Below are positions 9,238 to 19,145 of a stretch of 64,000 bases of DNA, piece by piece. Position 1 is the stretch's first letter. Every line of letters starts with the position of its first letter. Location: NCBI GenBank assembly GCA_044376115.1, contig JBILLK010000019.1, positions 32,001-96,000 on the forward strand, given 5' to 3'. The position numbers were made by a program, and so were the translations under genes. The notes under the pieces were generated by a model, which saw only the letters and a list, made by a program, of their open reading frames with translations, had not been told where the DNA came from and made no database searches. Origin of the DNA: Polyangiaceae bacterium (GTDB taxonomy: Bacteria > Myxococcota_A > Polyangia > Polyangiales > Polyangiaceae).

Positions 9238-10224
9238 GTGCCGGTCCGACCTTTCCCAATCCTTTCGCGATGGCTCGCCCTGGCCGCGCTCGCGCTGACG
9301 TTGTGTCGCGCAAGCGTGGCGCAGGCTGCGGACGGGGAAGAGCTCGACTACGCGAAGTCGCTGATCGACGGCGCTCAATACGAGGAGGCCGCGACGCGCT
9401 TCCAGGTCCTGCTCGACCCGGCGCGCGAGCCTTGCCCAACCGTCGCTCAGCTAACGACCAGCGGTTGCAAGCTGGTCGACGAGAGCACGATCTGGCGGGC
9501 TCGCTCGTACTATGCGCTCGCTCTGGCCCTGCTCGATCGCAAGGCCGAGGCGAAGAGTCAGTTCAAGCTGCTGCTCAAGCAGAGCCCGACGTTCATTCCC
9601 AGTCCGGCGATCTTCCCACAAAAGACGATCGAGCTGTTTTTGCAGGCCAAGAGCGAAGTCGAAGCCGACCTGACCAGCCAAGCGCTGCTGGATCAGAAGC
9701 GCAAAAGCGAGGAAGCCGCCGAGAGCGCTGCCTACCAAGCCTACGTCGCCTCGCTCGAGAGCTTGGCCGCCAAGGAAGTGGTGGTAAGCGAGCGCGCTCG
9801 CTGGATGGCGATCCTCCCCTTCGGCGTCGGTCAGTTCGTCAACGAGAACACAGCGCTCGGCGTGTTCTTCCTTTCGATCGAGGTCGCCACGCTCGGCGTT
9901 TCGGTGGGCACCTTCGTTGGGCACTCGGTGCTCTCCACCTGCGGTACCCGCGTTCGTCCCGACATTTGTGGTGCGGCGCTCGATCCGGTGGCGCTCGAGG
10001 AGCAGGTGGAGCAGCTGAAGGTCGCCAACATCATTTCAACCGCGAGCCTCGCGGCGCTGATGATCGCAGGGGTGATCGAGGCGCAAGTGAGCTTCGCGCC
10101 GAGCGTCGAAAAGACCCGCCTGCGCAAGCTTCCGCAGAAGCCCGCCACGCCCAAATCGCTCACCGTCACCGGCGTGCCCGACGCCCCCGATGCCGTCGGT
10201 TTGGGCGTCCAGCTTGCTTGGTAG
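9238..10224 (+). CDS. Exported TPR-like protein with C-terminal membrane segments
   Basis: Signal peptide ending AQA; helical TPR-like N-terminus; LPFGVGQF plus hydrophobic C-terminus. Confidence 0.65.
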   Translation: MPVRPFPILSRWLALAALALTLCRASVAQAADGEELDYAKSLIDGAQYEEAATRFQVLLDPAREPCPTVAQLTTSGCKLVDESTIWRARSYYALALALLDRKAEAKSQFKLLLKQSPTFIPSPAIFPQKTIELFLQAKSEVEADLTSQALLDQKRKSEEAAESAAYQAYVASLESLAAKEVVVSERARWMAILPFGVGQFVNENTALGVFFLSIEVATLGVSVGTFVGHSVLSTCGTRVRPDICGAALDPVALEEQVEQLKVANIISTASLAALMIAGVIEAQVSFAPSVEKTRLRKLPQKPATPKSLTVTGVPDAPDAVGLGVQLAW

Positions 10225-10258
10225 CTAGGTCGTTGGTGACGCTGGCGCGCCGTGCTAG

Positions 10259-11005
10259 TTGAAAGCCGTGGAATCGCAAGGCGAAGAGCAATCCAGGAAG
10301 TACTACGACCAGTTCGCGAAGGGCTACGACGACAAGCGAGGAGGTAACGAGCCAGGCGGTTATCACGACCTGCTCGACGACCTTGAGGTTGAGACTGTCC
10401 GCCGTTTTGGAGAGGGCAAGGACGTGCTCGAGGTGGGCTGCGGCACCGGCCTCTTGCTCACGCGTTTCAGCGACTTCGCCCGCAGCGCCAAAGGGATCGA
10501 TCTTTCGCCCGGCATGCTCGAGAAGGCGAAGGCCCGCGGGCTGGACGTGGTGGAGGGCTCGGCGACTGCGTTGCCCTTCGCCGATCAAAGCTTCGACGTC
10601 GCTTGCTCTTTCAAGGTGCTCGCGCACATCCCCGACATCTCGGCTGCGCTATCCGAGATGCTGCGGGTGGTGCGCCCGGGCGGTTACGTGATCGCTGAGT
10701 TCTACAATCCGTGGAGCTTGCGTTACGCCGCAAAGAAGGCCGCTGGTGCTCGCAAGACCTCAGGCGCCTTCAAAGAGGACGCGGTCTTCACGCGCTTTGA
10801 TTCGCCGTTCTCGGTGCGGGATCGCACGCCGGCCGGAGCTACGCTGGTGGCCACGCGCGGCATCCGGATCGTGACGCCCGCTGCCTTCGTGATGAGCTTG
10901 CCCATCGTTTCGGGCGCGTTGCGCGCCGTCGAGGTCGCGCTGGCGGACTCTCCGCTCAAGCAGTTCGCAGGCTTCTACGTCGCGATTTGGCAGCGGGACC
11001 GCTGA
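10259..11005 (+). CDS. Class I SAM-dependent methyltransferase
   Basis: VLEVGCGTG, GIDLSPGML, LPFADQSFD and LRVVRPGG motifs. Confidence 0.9.
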   Translation: MKAVESQGEEQSRKYYDQFAKGYDDKRGGNEPGGYHDLLDDLEVETVRRFGEGKDVLEVGCGTGLLLTRFSDFARSAKGIDLSPGMLEKAKARGLDVVEGSATALPFADQSFDVACSFKVLAHIPDISAALSEMLRVVRPGGYVIAEFYNPWSLRYAAKKAAGARKTSGAFKEDAVFTRFDSPFSVRDRTPAGATLVATRGIRIVTPAAFVMSLPIVSGALRAVEVALADSPLKQFAGFYVAIWQRDR

Positions 11006-11027
11006 GCCGTAACGGAGTGAAAGCAGC

Positions 11028-11525
11028 ATGAAGCCAGGCGACCACCCGGAGTTTTTTCGTTTTCCGGCGCCGCCTGGCTTGAGTCGGGAGAGCCGCATCG
11101 TGCTCAATCGCTTCGGCGATTTCTTTCACGAGGGTGAGAAGGTCGAGCGTGCATCGCTGGCTCGCGCGATGCATTCGTGGCTCTCCTACCACCCGGACGA
11201 TGGCCGGCCGATCCTCGAGAACGGCTACGACTGGTGCTACCTCACCGTCGAGGATACGGCGCACTTCGTGGCTCACCTGCGCGCCGAAGCCGACGGCCCG
11301 CATGTGCTGCTCAGTTCGGGTCATGAGGAGCTGCTTCGTGCCGAGACGCTGCAGGTCGATGCGGAGGGCGTAGCTTTCGTCGAGGTTCTGCCGCGCGGCG
11401 CGTCGCAGCCGGTGCTCGCTCGCTTCTTGCGTGAGGCGCAAATCGCGCTCGAGCCATGGCTCGCCGACGAGCCGCTGCGTCTCGTGATTGATGGTCGTGC
11501 GTTTGCGATCGGAACCCGCGCTTGA
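11028..11525 (+). CDS. Hypothetical protein (DUF1285-like)
   Basis: G.FFHEG..V...YLTVEDT pattern; lies in an operon with its neighbours. Confidence 0.55.
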   Translation: MKPGDHPEFFRFPAPPGLSRESRIVLNRFGDFFHEGEKVERASLARAMHSWLSYHPDDGRPILENGYDWCYLTVEDTAHFVAHLRAEADGPHVLLSSGHEELLRAETLQVDAEGVAFVEVLPRGASQPVLARFLREAQIALEPWLADEPLRLVIDGRAFAIGTRA

Positions 11526-12580
11526 AGGGCATTGACCGCACCTTGATCGCCGCCCTCGCGGTGGTGGTGTTGGCGCTCGCCGGTTGGGTGCTGCTCGAGC
11601 TTTGGTCGCCGATCGTCGTCGCGATTTGGACCGCCGCATTGCTTGATCCGCTGGTCACGCGCATCAGCAAGCTGGCTCGCGGAAGTCGCGCTGTTGGCGC
11701 AGCGGTGGCCATCGTGATCGTTTTTGCTTTGTTCGTCCCTGTGGGGATGTTGGCGGTGAGCTTGGTCTCCAGCGGCCTGGATTTCGCGCGGGCGATGCTT
11801 GCCTCGCCGCAAGCGCGTCAGGCGCTCGCGCTGGTGACCTCCAGCGAGGCAGAAGGTCCGGTCGGCCTGACCAAGTTCGTTGAGGTGCTGCAAACGCACG
11901 GAGACACGGCCTGGGCGCTGGGGAGTCAGTTCGCCGGCGCGGGGGCCTGGGCGCTGATCGTGGTGACCACCTTCACCGTCGCGCTGTTTCAGTTCCTGGT
12001 CTCGGGCCGGGAGATTTGGGCCTGGCTCGTGGACCATGCGCCGCTGCCGCGGCAAGCCGCCGAGCGCCTTGGCCATACCTTCATCGAGACGGGCCGCGGG
12101 CTCTTCATCGGCGCGGGGCTCACTGCGCTCGCGCAGGCAATCGTCGCCACCGTTTCCTTCCTCGTGCTCGGGATCCCGCGAGCCGCGATCTTGGGCGCGC
12201 TCACGTTCGTGGGCGCCTTCGTTCCGGGCATCGGTACGGCGATGGTTTGGGCGCCGGTTGCTTTGGGCCTCGCTCTCAATGGCCAGACCGGCAAAGCGAT
12301 TGTCCTAACGTTGATCGGCCTGTTTGGCATCGGGTCGATCGACAACGTGCTGCGGCCGTTCCTGCAGCGTTGGGGCGGTCACCTGGACCTCTCGACCTGG
12401 TTGCTGTTGGTTGCAGCCTTTGGTGGCTTGGCTGCGTTTGGGCCGGCCGGCCTGCTGCTCGGGCCGTTGGTGTTGCGCATGGCCAAGGAGATCTTGGTGA
12501 TGGCGCGGGAGCAACGTGAAGCCGAGAAGCCCTTGAGTGAACCGACGTCCAAGCCCAGCGAAGCGAGCGAATCCGCCTGA
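11522..12580 (+). CDS. AI-2E family transporter
   Basis: Multi-TM protein; FVPGIGTAMVWAP, IDNVLRP and FGPAGLLLGP motifs. Confidence 0.88.
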   Translation: MKGIDRTLIAALAVVVLALAGWVLLELWSPIVVAIWTAALLDPLVTRISKLARGSRAVGAAVAIVIVFALFVPVGMLAVSLVSSGLDFARAMLASPQARQALALVTSSEAEGPVGLTKFVEVLQTHGDTAWALGSQFAGAGAWALIVVTTFTVALFQFLVSGREIWAWLVDHAPLPRQAAERLGHTFIETGRGLFIGAGLTALAQAIVATVSFLVLGIPRAAILGALTFVGAFVPGIGTAMVWAPVALGLALNGQTGKAIVLTLIGLFGIGSIDNVLRPFLQRWGGHLDLSTWLLLVAAFGGLAAFGPAGLLLGPLVLRMAKEILVMAREQREAEKPLSEPTSKPSEASESA

Positions 12581-12675
12581 GCCGCGGGTCAACCCGTCTC
12601 GTCGCACAGCGAGGTCGCCTTCGCGGCGTTGGTTCTTGGTAGGAGCCATTGTTGTTGGTGTAGCGTGGCCTCCAC

Positions 12676-13068
12676 GTGGCCGTCACCCTGCTCGACAGCG
12701 ATTTTTACCTGGTTGAACGCGTCGATACGCGCGGGTTCATTCGGCTGACGCGCAAGGTGCGGCCGTTTCTAAGCGAAGATGAAGTGGTGGGCGCCTTCAC
12801 GCCGTTGCAACGCGTGCTCGATGCCGAAGGTAGGGAGCGCTGCGTGCTCTTGGTTGATACGCGGGTCGTGGCCGGGCGTAATGATCCGGCCTCGGAGGCG
12901 ATGTTCGCCAAACATCGCCGGGCTACGGTGACCGGCTTCAAACGCGTCGCTATGTTGGTGCAAACCCCAGTCGGCGCGCTCCACGTTCAGCGGCTGATGG
13001 TGCAAGACCGCAGCGACGCGCGGGTCTTCAGCGACGAAGCCGAGGCCATCACGTACCTGACTCGATGA
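12676..13068 (+). CDS. Small STAS/SEC14-like hypothetical protein
   Basis: LLVDTR...GRND..E, RVAMLVQTPVGAL and VFSDEAEAITYL pattern typical of myxobacterial STAS-like proteins. Confidence 0.6.
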   Translation: MAVTLLDSDFYLVERVDTRGFIRLTRKVRPFLSEDEVVGAFTPLQRVLDAEGRERCVLLVDTRVVAGRNDPASEAMFAKHRRATVTGFKRVAMLVQTPVGALHVQRLMVQDRSDARVFSDEAEAITYLTR

Positions 13069-13092
13069 GCTGCTGGTGTTGCGGTAGCCGCG

Positions 13093-13968
13093 TCACGCGG
13101 GTGCATCGAATTGCAGCTGCACGTCGGTGAGCTCGACGCGCAACCTGGAGCGCTCAGGTAGTGGCACGGTGGACCACGCGTAGACGACGTAACCAGGGCC
13201 GCCGCCGCCGCTGAACTGTCCCGCCCGAGTACCGCGTACAGGCTGATCATACGGATCGACGACGCCGCGATTGTTGACCTCGAGCCGGCGGTCGTCGTGA
13301 AGGCCGTGGATGCGGATGGCCAGGCCGTGCAGCGTGTCCGGGCGCTTGTCAAAGTGGCCAAACGCCGCTTCGATCGAGACCACCTCGGCGCGCAGCTGCA
13401 GCGATTCGAACAGGCTGTGGTTGACCGCGTCGCCCACCTTTCGTGCCCGCGTTGCATCGAAGTAAACCTCGTGCACTGCGCGCACTTCGACCGGGAGATC
13501 GAGCGTCTTTTTCTGCTGGCAACTCCGCAGCGTGGAGCCAAGCAGCTTCTCGAGCGAGCCTTGGTAGCGGGCCTTGCCGTCTTCGATCTCGAGCACGCGA
13601 CCGCCCTCGAGGCACAAGTAGTTCCCGGCGAAGTCCTTGGCGAAGGCGAACCGCTCCGGCTTTGCCCAGCTTGCTCCGTGCAGCGCCGCCTGACGAAAGT
13701 TCTCCCGCGTTTGTTTGAGCCCGTCCACGCTGTCGACCGGCATGAACCAATAGCCGTCGAAGATCCCCGCAGCCCGCTCGACTCCGCCGCGTTGACCCGC
13801 CGCGAGCGCATACAGCTCCACGAGCTCCTCCGGCGGCTCCTCTCCAAGTAACTCGCGCAATCGTTCACGCGGGATTCCTGGTAGCAGCGAACTCGAGGTG
13901 CAAGGCGAGCTGCTCGCGAGCCAATCGGCGAGGGCGCGCCAGCGCTTGGTCAACAGCAGACCGGTCAC
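13093..13968 (-). CDS. SMI1/KNR4-family protein with an extra C-terminal domain
   Basis: PEELVELYALAAGQ...FDGYWFMP...FAKDFAGNYLCL motif. Confidence 0.65.
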   Translation of the reverse strand: MTGLLLTKRWRALADWLASSSPCTSSSLLPGIPRERLRELLGEEPPEELVELYALAAGQRGGVERAAGIFDGYWFMPVDSVDGLKQTRENFRQAALHGASWAKPERFAFAKDFAGNYLCLEGGRVLEIEDGKARYQGSLEKLLGSTLRSCQQKKTLDLPVEVRAVHEVYFDATRARKVGDAVNHSLFESLQLRAEVVSIEAAFGHFDKRPDTLHGLAIRIHGLHDDRRLEVNNRGVVDPYDQPVRGTRAGQFSGGGGPGYVVYAWSTVPLPERSRLRVELTDVQLQFDAPA

Positions 13969-13970
13969 GT

Positions 13971-14177
13971 TCAGGGCTTACGAACCGGCGGCGCCGGAAG
14001 GGCGGTGCCGTCGGGCAGCAGATTCTTCGGTGGCACCACCCCTTGGCTCACCGATTGGAAGCGCGCGCAGCGAGAGAAGTCCCCTTCACAATAGAGAGAC
14101 TGCATCACCCGCAGGGCCGCCTGGTTCCGGAACTCTGGAAACACAGGGCACAGCTGCATCTTCGGGCAAGGGCTCAC
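13971..14177 (-). CDS. Small 4-Cys protein (68 aa), probable metal binder
   Basis: GTG start; CPKMQLCPVF...YCEGDFSRCARF...PPKNLLPDG; sits between tamB and the SMI1 gene in the same orientation. Confidence 0.65.
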   Translation of the reverse strand: MSPCPKMQLCPVFPEFRNQAALRVMQSLYCEGDFSRCARFQSVSQGVVPPKNLLPDGTALPAPPVRKP

Positions 14178-14193
14178 GGGCGCGACTATACTC

Positions 14194-17100
14194 CTAATAG
14201 CGGAGTTGCCACAGTACATCGAGTCCGAGCGAGACGCCGTCTTGCGAGGAGGACGTGCCGGTGGTCTGGTTCTCGTAGTCGCAATAGGCGCCGGAGCCGC
14301 GGAGCGACCAACTGCGGCTGATGCGATAGTCGAAGTAGAGATCACCGCAGCCGCCGGCTTGCGTTTGGCTGGTGGTGGCTTGCACCTGCTCCACCTGCTC
14401 CACCGTCCCGCCGAAGGAGAACTGATCCGACACCGAGACCTGCGCGCCGAGGTAGCCACCGCCGGTCGCCGAGGTGATGCCCACGTTCACCGCCAATACA
14501 TCGCGGAGCACGCCACCGAAGGCCGACGCCAACAAATCGTTGGCGAGCGAGGTCGCCACGCTGCCGCCGATCACGTCTCCCGCGAGCGCAACGCCGGTGG
14601 CCTCGTTTTCGCCGAACACCAGCAGCTGAACGATCTCCTCTTGCGACCGCGGTGGGTCCGAACGGAAGCGGATCTTGTCCTCGGTGATGGGTTTGAGCAG
14701 ACCAACGTAGCTGACAAATACTCGGCTGCCGGACGCTCCGTCCCAATGCGCAGTGAGGTTGACGTCGGGGTTCCCGGTGTCTTCGTCGCGCAGCCGGATC
14801 AACGCTTCGTCGACCACGAACTTCTTCTTGTTGAGCACGATCGACCCCTGTTCGATCAGCACGTCACCGCTCGCGTGTAGACGGTCCGATAGCAAGAGCT
14901 CGATCGGCGAGCCCTTGGGCGTTTGCAGGTTCAAGTTGAGTGAACTCGAGCGCACCTCGGTCTGGTTGACCCCGACCCGAAGTTTGTACTGGAAGGCGTC
15001 TTCATCGCGCGCCACCGCTCCCGGCTTTTGCGGCTGATTGACGGTGATGCCACGCGGATCGTCGAGCGACTGCACGTCCTTCGAACTGGAGGTCGGCAAA
15101 TCGAAGCGTGCGTTCTCGACGTTGACATCGACGGTGAAGCCGCGCTCCGACGGCGTCAGCTCGAAGGCGGCGTTCCCTCGCGCTTTGCCCAGCGGCACGC
15201 CCTCGATCGTGACCGGCAGCTCTTCGCCCTCGTCGATGCCGATCGAGCCGACCGCTTTCTCCAACTTGAGACCGCGCAGGGTCGCCGTGGCAAAGGCGTG
15301 CACCCGACCGGAGGTGCCCTTCGCCTCGACGCCCTCGATGCGCAGCTGCTGCGTGCCATCTGCCGCTGCAGGTTCGGCGGTGAGGGTGGCTTTACCGTCG
15401 CTGAGCTCCTGGCCGAACTGGGGGATGTAAGCGACCCCATCGGTTAGCGTGAGGCTCGCTCGTTTGATCAAGCCGTTGGAGGCTTGGGAGAGTTGCCCCC
15501 ATTCGATCTCCGCGCCGCCGTTGAGTACCCCGTCGAGCTTGGTGAGCGCGCCGGAGACCAACGGGTAGACGAGCCCGATGCTGAAGTCGGCAGCTCCCAT
15601 CACCAGCGTCCCGGGCGCGTCGACTTTGAGCGTGGGCACCGCGAGCGCGGCCCACTCGACGCCAGCGGTACCGAGGACCTGCAGCTTGCCCTGGCTTTGA
15701 TCCGAAACCTCGACCCGCACGCTGGCGGTGGCGACCTCGGCGTCTGCCGGTCGCTCACGAATCTCGGCCTGCACGAGCACGCTTTGAAAGGTGTCCTGAA
15801 TGCGCAATGCAGGCACGAACAGCTCGGCCTTGGCGCTGGGGTTACGGTTGAGGTTCTTGAGCTCGAGCTTGCCCGAGACCGCGCCGGCGATCTCGCTGTC
15901 GGCCAGGGCTGGCACCGCGTGCACCGGCATGTCGAAGAACTCCGCGGTCACGTCGGCGCGCCACGGCGCCTCTTCGAGCGTGAGGCTGCCGTTGAGCACG
16001 TTCTTCGAAAGGTCGAACTGGCCGTTGACGACCGCGACCGGCAGCTTGGCGACGCCGACCGAAAGCCCGACCAAGCCACGTCCCAGCGTTGGGTCGTAGG
16101 TTCCGGCCAGATCGAGGCTGAGCGGTGGTAGCCACTGCGCCGAGGACTCGTTCGCGTCGCGCGGCCCAACGTCGAAGGCCTGCGCCGCGAGCGTCATGTA
16201 CGGCGCGTTCACCGAGCCGGCCACGTTGGCGCTGAGCGTGACCTCGCCGGAGACCTTGGGTAGGTAGGTCGAAAGCGGCGTGGGCAGCGTGCTGAGGCTC
16301 TCCACGCTGCGCGTGGGCACGCTGGCGTTCAAGCTGAACGGAGCGTCTTTGAGCGCGTCCAAAGCCGACTCGGCGGCGAAGATCTTGGGCAGGTCGAGAA
16401 GCCCAACGAGCTCGAGGTTGGCTAGTCGGCGCTCGTCGAAAATGGTCGCTGAGGCCGCGAGCTCGCCGGTCGAGCCGGAGAGTTTGGCTTTGAGGGCGAG
16501 GTCGAGCTTCTCGCTGGAGATGGTGCCATCTTTGGTCAGGAGCGCCAGGTTGTCGGTCGCGAGCTCGAGACCGCTGATGCTCGGGTAGGGCTCGCCGCTG
16601 GCGCGCTTTACGCTGAAGGCACCGCTCACGCGACCGCGCGCCACGGCCACCGGCAACAGCGGTGACGGTACGCGCCGCACCAAGCAGCCGAGTTCGGCTG
16701 CGTCGAAGGCGATGTCCACGGCACCGGTGGCTTTGGCCCAGGTCTCGGCGCGCAGCAGCGGACCGGTCAGCGCGCCCTCCAAGTTTGCCGCGCGCAACTC
16801 GAGGATGGGGCCGTCACATAGCTCGGCGTTACCGCGGTTCTGTGCCGCTTGTCGCGCGCCCTCGGAGGCATGGTCCACCAAGCGCACGTAGCCGGAGGCT
16901 TTGACCGTATCGTTCTCGAGCGTCGCAGACATGCGCAGGCCCACCCCGGAGACCACCAGCAGCCGCGCGTCCTCCAGCTCGACGTCGATCGTCCCGCGGC
17001 GGCCGCGCGCCGTGCGTTCCATCGCCAAGTCCACGTTGGCGCGACCTTCGGCCGGAAACGGCACGCCCACGAGCTTCGAGAGCCGCGTGAGATCCACGTT

Positions 17101-19080
17101 GGCCGCGCGCAACTTGCCGACCAAATCACCGCCCTGCACGCGCACCGAGCCGGCCACCGAGCCGAGGATGGGCGAGCTGAGGTTGAGCCCATCGATAGCA
17201 AAACCGGCCTCACCGAAGGAAGCCCCGGCCGCGGTTCCGCTCGCCTCTTCACCCGCGCGCTCGACGCGGAAGGTGAGGTCGCGAGCCTTTCCTTGCGTCG
17301 GGGAGACGGTGCCACTCAGCGAGAGCTTGCCGCGATCTTCATCGCTGACGGTGAGCGCAACCTGTGACTCGTGCAGCCCGCCGTCGACCCGCAGCTCCAC
17401 GCGATCCAGCCGTTCTCCGAGCGCGGTGGCTTCGTCGGCGCGCAGCGCACCCTTCACCATCAACCGATCGAGCGGCCCTTTGAACTGACCGGAGAAACCG
17501 AGCTGGCCAGCGCTCAGACTGCGATCGGCCGACGCTACTCCCAGCCCGCTGCCGCGCAGCTTGCCCTCGAGCTCACCGTCCACGAACTTGCCGTTCAGCC
17601 AGAGCGAACTGCGGCCGACGAAGCGCCCTGCTACGAACGGCACTTGCGCGAGATCTTGCGTCTCGGCGTGCGCGCTGTAGCGGACCTCGCCGCCCTCTAC
17701 CGAGAAGCCAGCGTCGAGCTCGAGCGTAGCTTCGTCGATCGAGGCCGAACCGATCAGCACGCCGTTCACCACGTCGAGCACCGCGTCGACGCGCGGTAAC
17801 TTGGTGCCGAACGCGATCGTCGGATCGGTGCTGGCTTGCACATGCACGAGCGGCGGCTCACTGCCACGCAACGCCACATCGACGCGGGCGCTGCCATCCA
17901 CCAGTATCGACGGCGCCGACGGAAGAATGGTGCGCGTATCGAGCTCGGCGGCCTGCAGGTTCAGGCTGAGCCGCACCTCCTGTTCGACCAGCATCGCTCC
18001 CGTCGCTACCAGCGTCGCGGTGGCGTCGGGTTGCTCGAGCTCGAACGTCCCGTCGAACTCGAGCGCCGTGACCGGGCCTTTGAATTCGACCTGCCCGCGC
18101 GCATCTCGCTCGAGCGGAATAAACGGAAACAGCACCGCCTTCGACTCGGGCCGAAAGCGCGGTAGTTGCAGCGTGCCGGTCAGCATGTTGCCCACGAGCT
18201 CCGCGCGCGCGCTCATTTCGATCGCGGGCACACGCGGGAACTCCGGGGCGCTCATCGCGCCGCTGAACTCGGCCCACATCTTGACGCGCTCTTCTTCGCG
18301 CCGCTCCGGCGCCGGCGGCCGCAGATCCACGCGCAGGTGGTAGGTGCCCGTGCCGCTGGTTTCACCGGGGATGAGCTCGCGCAGCTTGAGGCCCGTCTCA
18401 TCGACGTCGACCGCCACCGACTCTTCGGTGTTGACGTAGACGCTGGCTTTAGCGCGCTGCACGTCGGCGCTGATCGGTGCGCCCACGCTGCCATCGACGT
18501 GGGCCTGATCGATCTCGATCGCCGGCAGTTGGATGATGATGGGCCGCGAAGGGGGAGGGCTTGGATTGGGGTCCTTGGGGAGGAACGTCCAGGCGATGGT
18601 GGGGATGTTGTCTTGGTCGGGCCGCAGCGTAACGCTGGCGTCGGCGATGCGGGCGCGCGGGAAGGAGAGGGGAATCGGGCCCTCTTCGAACAAGATGGCT
18701 CGCAGCAGTTTCAGCGTCTGCACGCGGGCATCGATGCCGTAGGCGAGGATCACCTGATCGCCGTTCTCGTCGAGGAAGCGCGCCGAACGAATGCGCGCGT
18801 GACGCAGCGAGAGTTCGTCGATCTCGCCGATGACGATGCGCCCACGGAGCAGCGGCGCGAGCAGCTGATTGACGCTGTTCTGCGCGACATGACGGGCCTC
18901 CGGCGTGTCGAGGTGAAGCAGCAGGCCGGCCGTGGTCGCGCCCAAGAGCACCGTTGCCAGCGCGAGCACTTCAGCCGTCCGGCGCAACCAGCGGAACACG
19001 CGCCGGGGCGGAAGGGCGCCTTTCACGCGGTCACCCGCTTCGCCAAGGACGGCGATCAGGGAGGGCCTGTCGTCATCCAT
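14194..19080 (-). CDS. tamB: TamB/AsmA-like translocation and assembly module protein (DUF490-type C-terminus)
   Basis: 1628 aa; N-terminal TM anchor; beta-taco-like repeats; C-terminal FRSDPPRSQEEIVQLLVFG ... LDVLWQLRY. Confidence 0.75.
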   Translation of the reverse strand: MDDDRPSLIAVLGEAGDRVKGALPPRRVFRWLRRTAEVLALATVLLGATTAGLLLHLDTPEARHVAQNSVNQLLAPLLRGRIVIGEIDELSLRHARIRSARFLDENGDQVILAYGIDARVQTLKLLRAILFEEGPIPLSFPRARIADASVTLRPDQDNIPTIAWTFLPKDPNPSPPPSRPIIIQLPAIEIDQAHVDGSVGAPISADVQRAKASVYVNTEESVAVDVDETGLKLRELIPGETSGTGTYHLRVDLRPPAPERREEERVKMWAEFSGAMSAPEFPRVPAIEMSARAELVGNMLTGTLQLPRFRPESKAVLFPFIPLERDARGQVEFKGPVTALEFDGTFELEQPDATATLVATGAMLVEQEVRLSLNLQAAELDTRTILPSAPSILVDGSARVDVALRGSEPPLVHVQASTDPTIAFGTKLPRVDAVLDVVNGVLIGSASIDEATLELDAGFSVEGGEVRYSAHAETQDLAQVPFVAGRFVGRSSLWLNGKFVDGELEGKLRGSGLGVASADRSLSAGQLGFSGQFKGPLDRLMVKGALRADEATALGERLDRVELRVDGGLHESQVALTVSDEDRGKLSLSGTVSPTQGKARDLTFRVERAGEEASGTAAGASFGEAGFAIDGLNLSSPILGSVAGSVRVQGGDLVGKLRAANVDLTRLSKLVGVPFPAEGRANVDLAMERTARGRRGTIDVELEDARLLVVSGVGLRMSATLENDTVKASGYVRLVDHASEGARQAAQNRGNAELCDGPILELRAANLEGALTGPLLRAETWAKATGAVDIAFDAAELGCLVRRVPSPLLPVAVARGRVSGAFSVKRASGEPYPSISGLELATDNLALLTKDGTISSEKLDLALKAKLSGSTGELAASATIFDERRLANLELVGLLDLPKIFAAESALDALKDAPFSLNASVPTRSVESLSTLPTPLSTYLPKVSGEVTLSANVAGSVNAPYMTLAAQAFDVGPRDANESSAQWLPPLSLDLAGTYDPTLGRGLVGLSVGVAKLPVAVVNGQFDLSKNVLNGSLTLEEAPWRADVTAEFFDMPVHAVPALADSEIAGAVSGKLELKNLNRNPSAKAELFVPALRIQDTFQSVLVQAEIRERPADAEVATASVRVEVSDQSQGKLQVLGTAGVEWAALAVPTLKVDAPGTLVMGAADFSIGLVYPLVSGALTKLDGVLNGGAEIEWGQLSQASNGLIKRASLTLTDGVAYIPQFGQELSDGKATLTAEPAAADGTQQLRIEGVEAKGTSGRVHAFATATLRGLKLEKAVGSIGIDEGEELPVTIEGVPLGKARGNAAFELTPSERGFTVDVNVENARFDLPTSSSKDVQSLDDPRGITVNQPQKPGAVARDEDAFQYKLRVGVNQTEVRSSSLNLNLQTPKGSPIELLLSDRLHASGDVLIEQGSIVLNKKKFVVDEALIRLRDEDTGNPDVNLTAHWDGASGSRVFVSYVGLLKPITEDKIRFRSDPPRSQEEIVQLLVFGENEATGVALAGDVIGGSVATSLANDLLASAFGGVLRDVLAVNVGITSATGGGYLGAQVSVSDQFSFGGTVEQVEQVQATTSQTQAGGCGDLYFDYRISRSWSLRGSGAYCDYENQTTGTSSSQDGVSLGLDVLWQLRY

Positions 19081-19145
19081 CGGGGCTGCGGGTTTTCGGG
19101 GTCACGCTGGGCGTAAGCTTAGTCCAGCTTCGCCCGGCACGCTGG

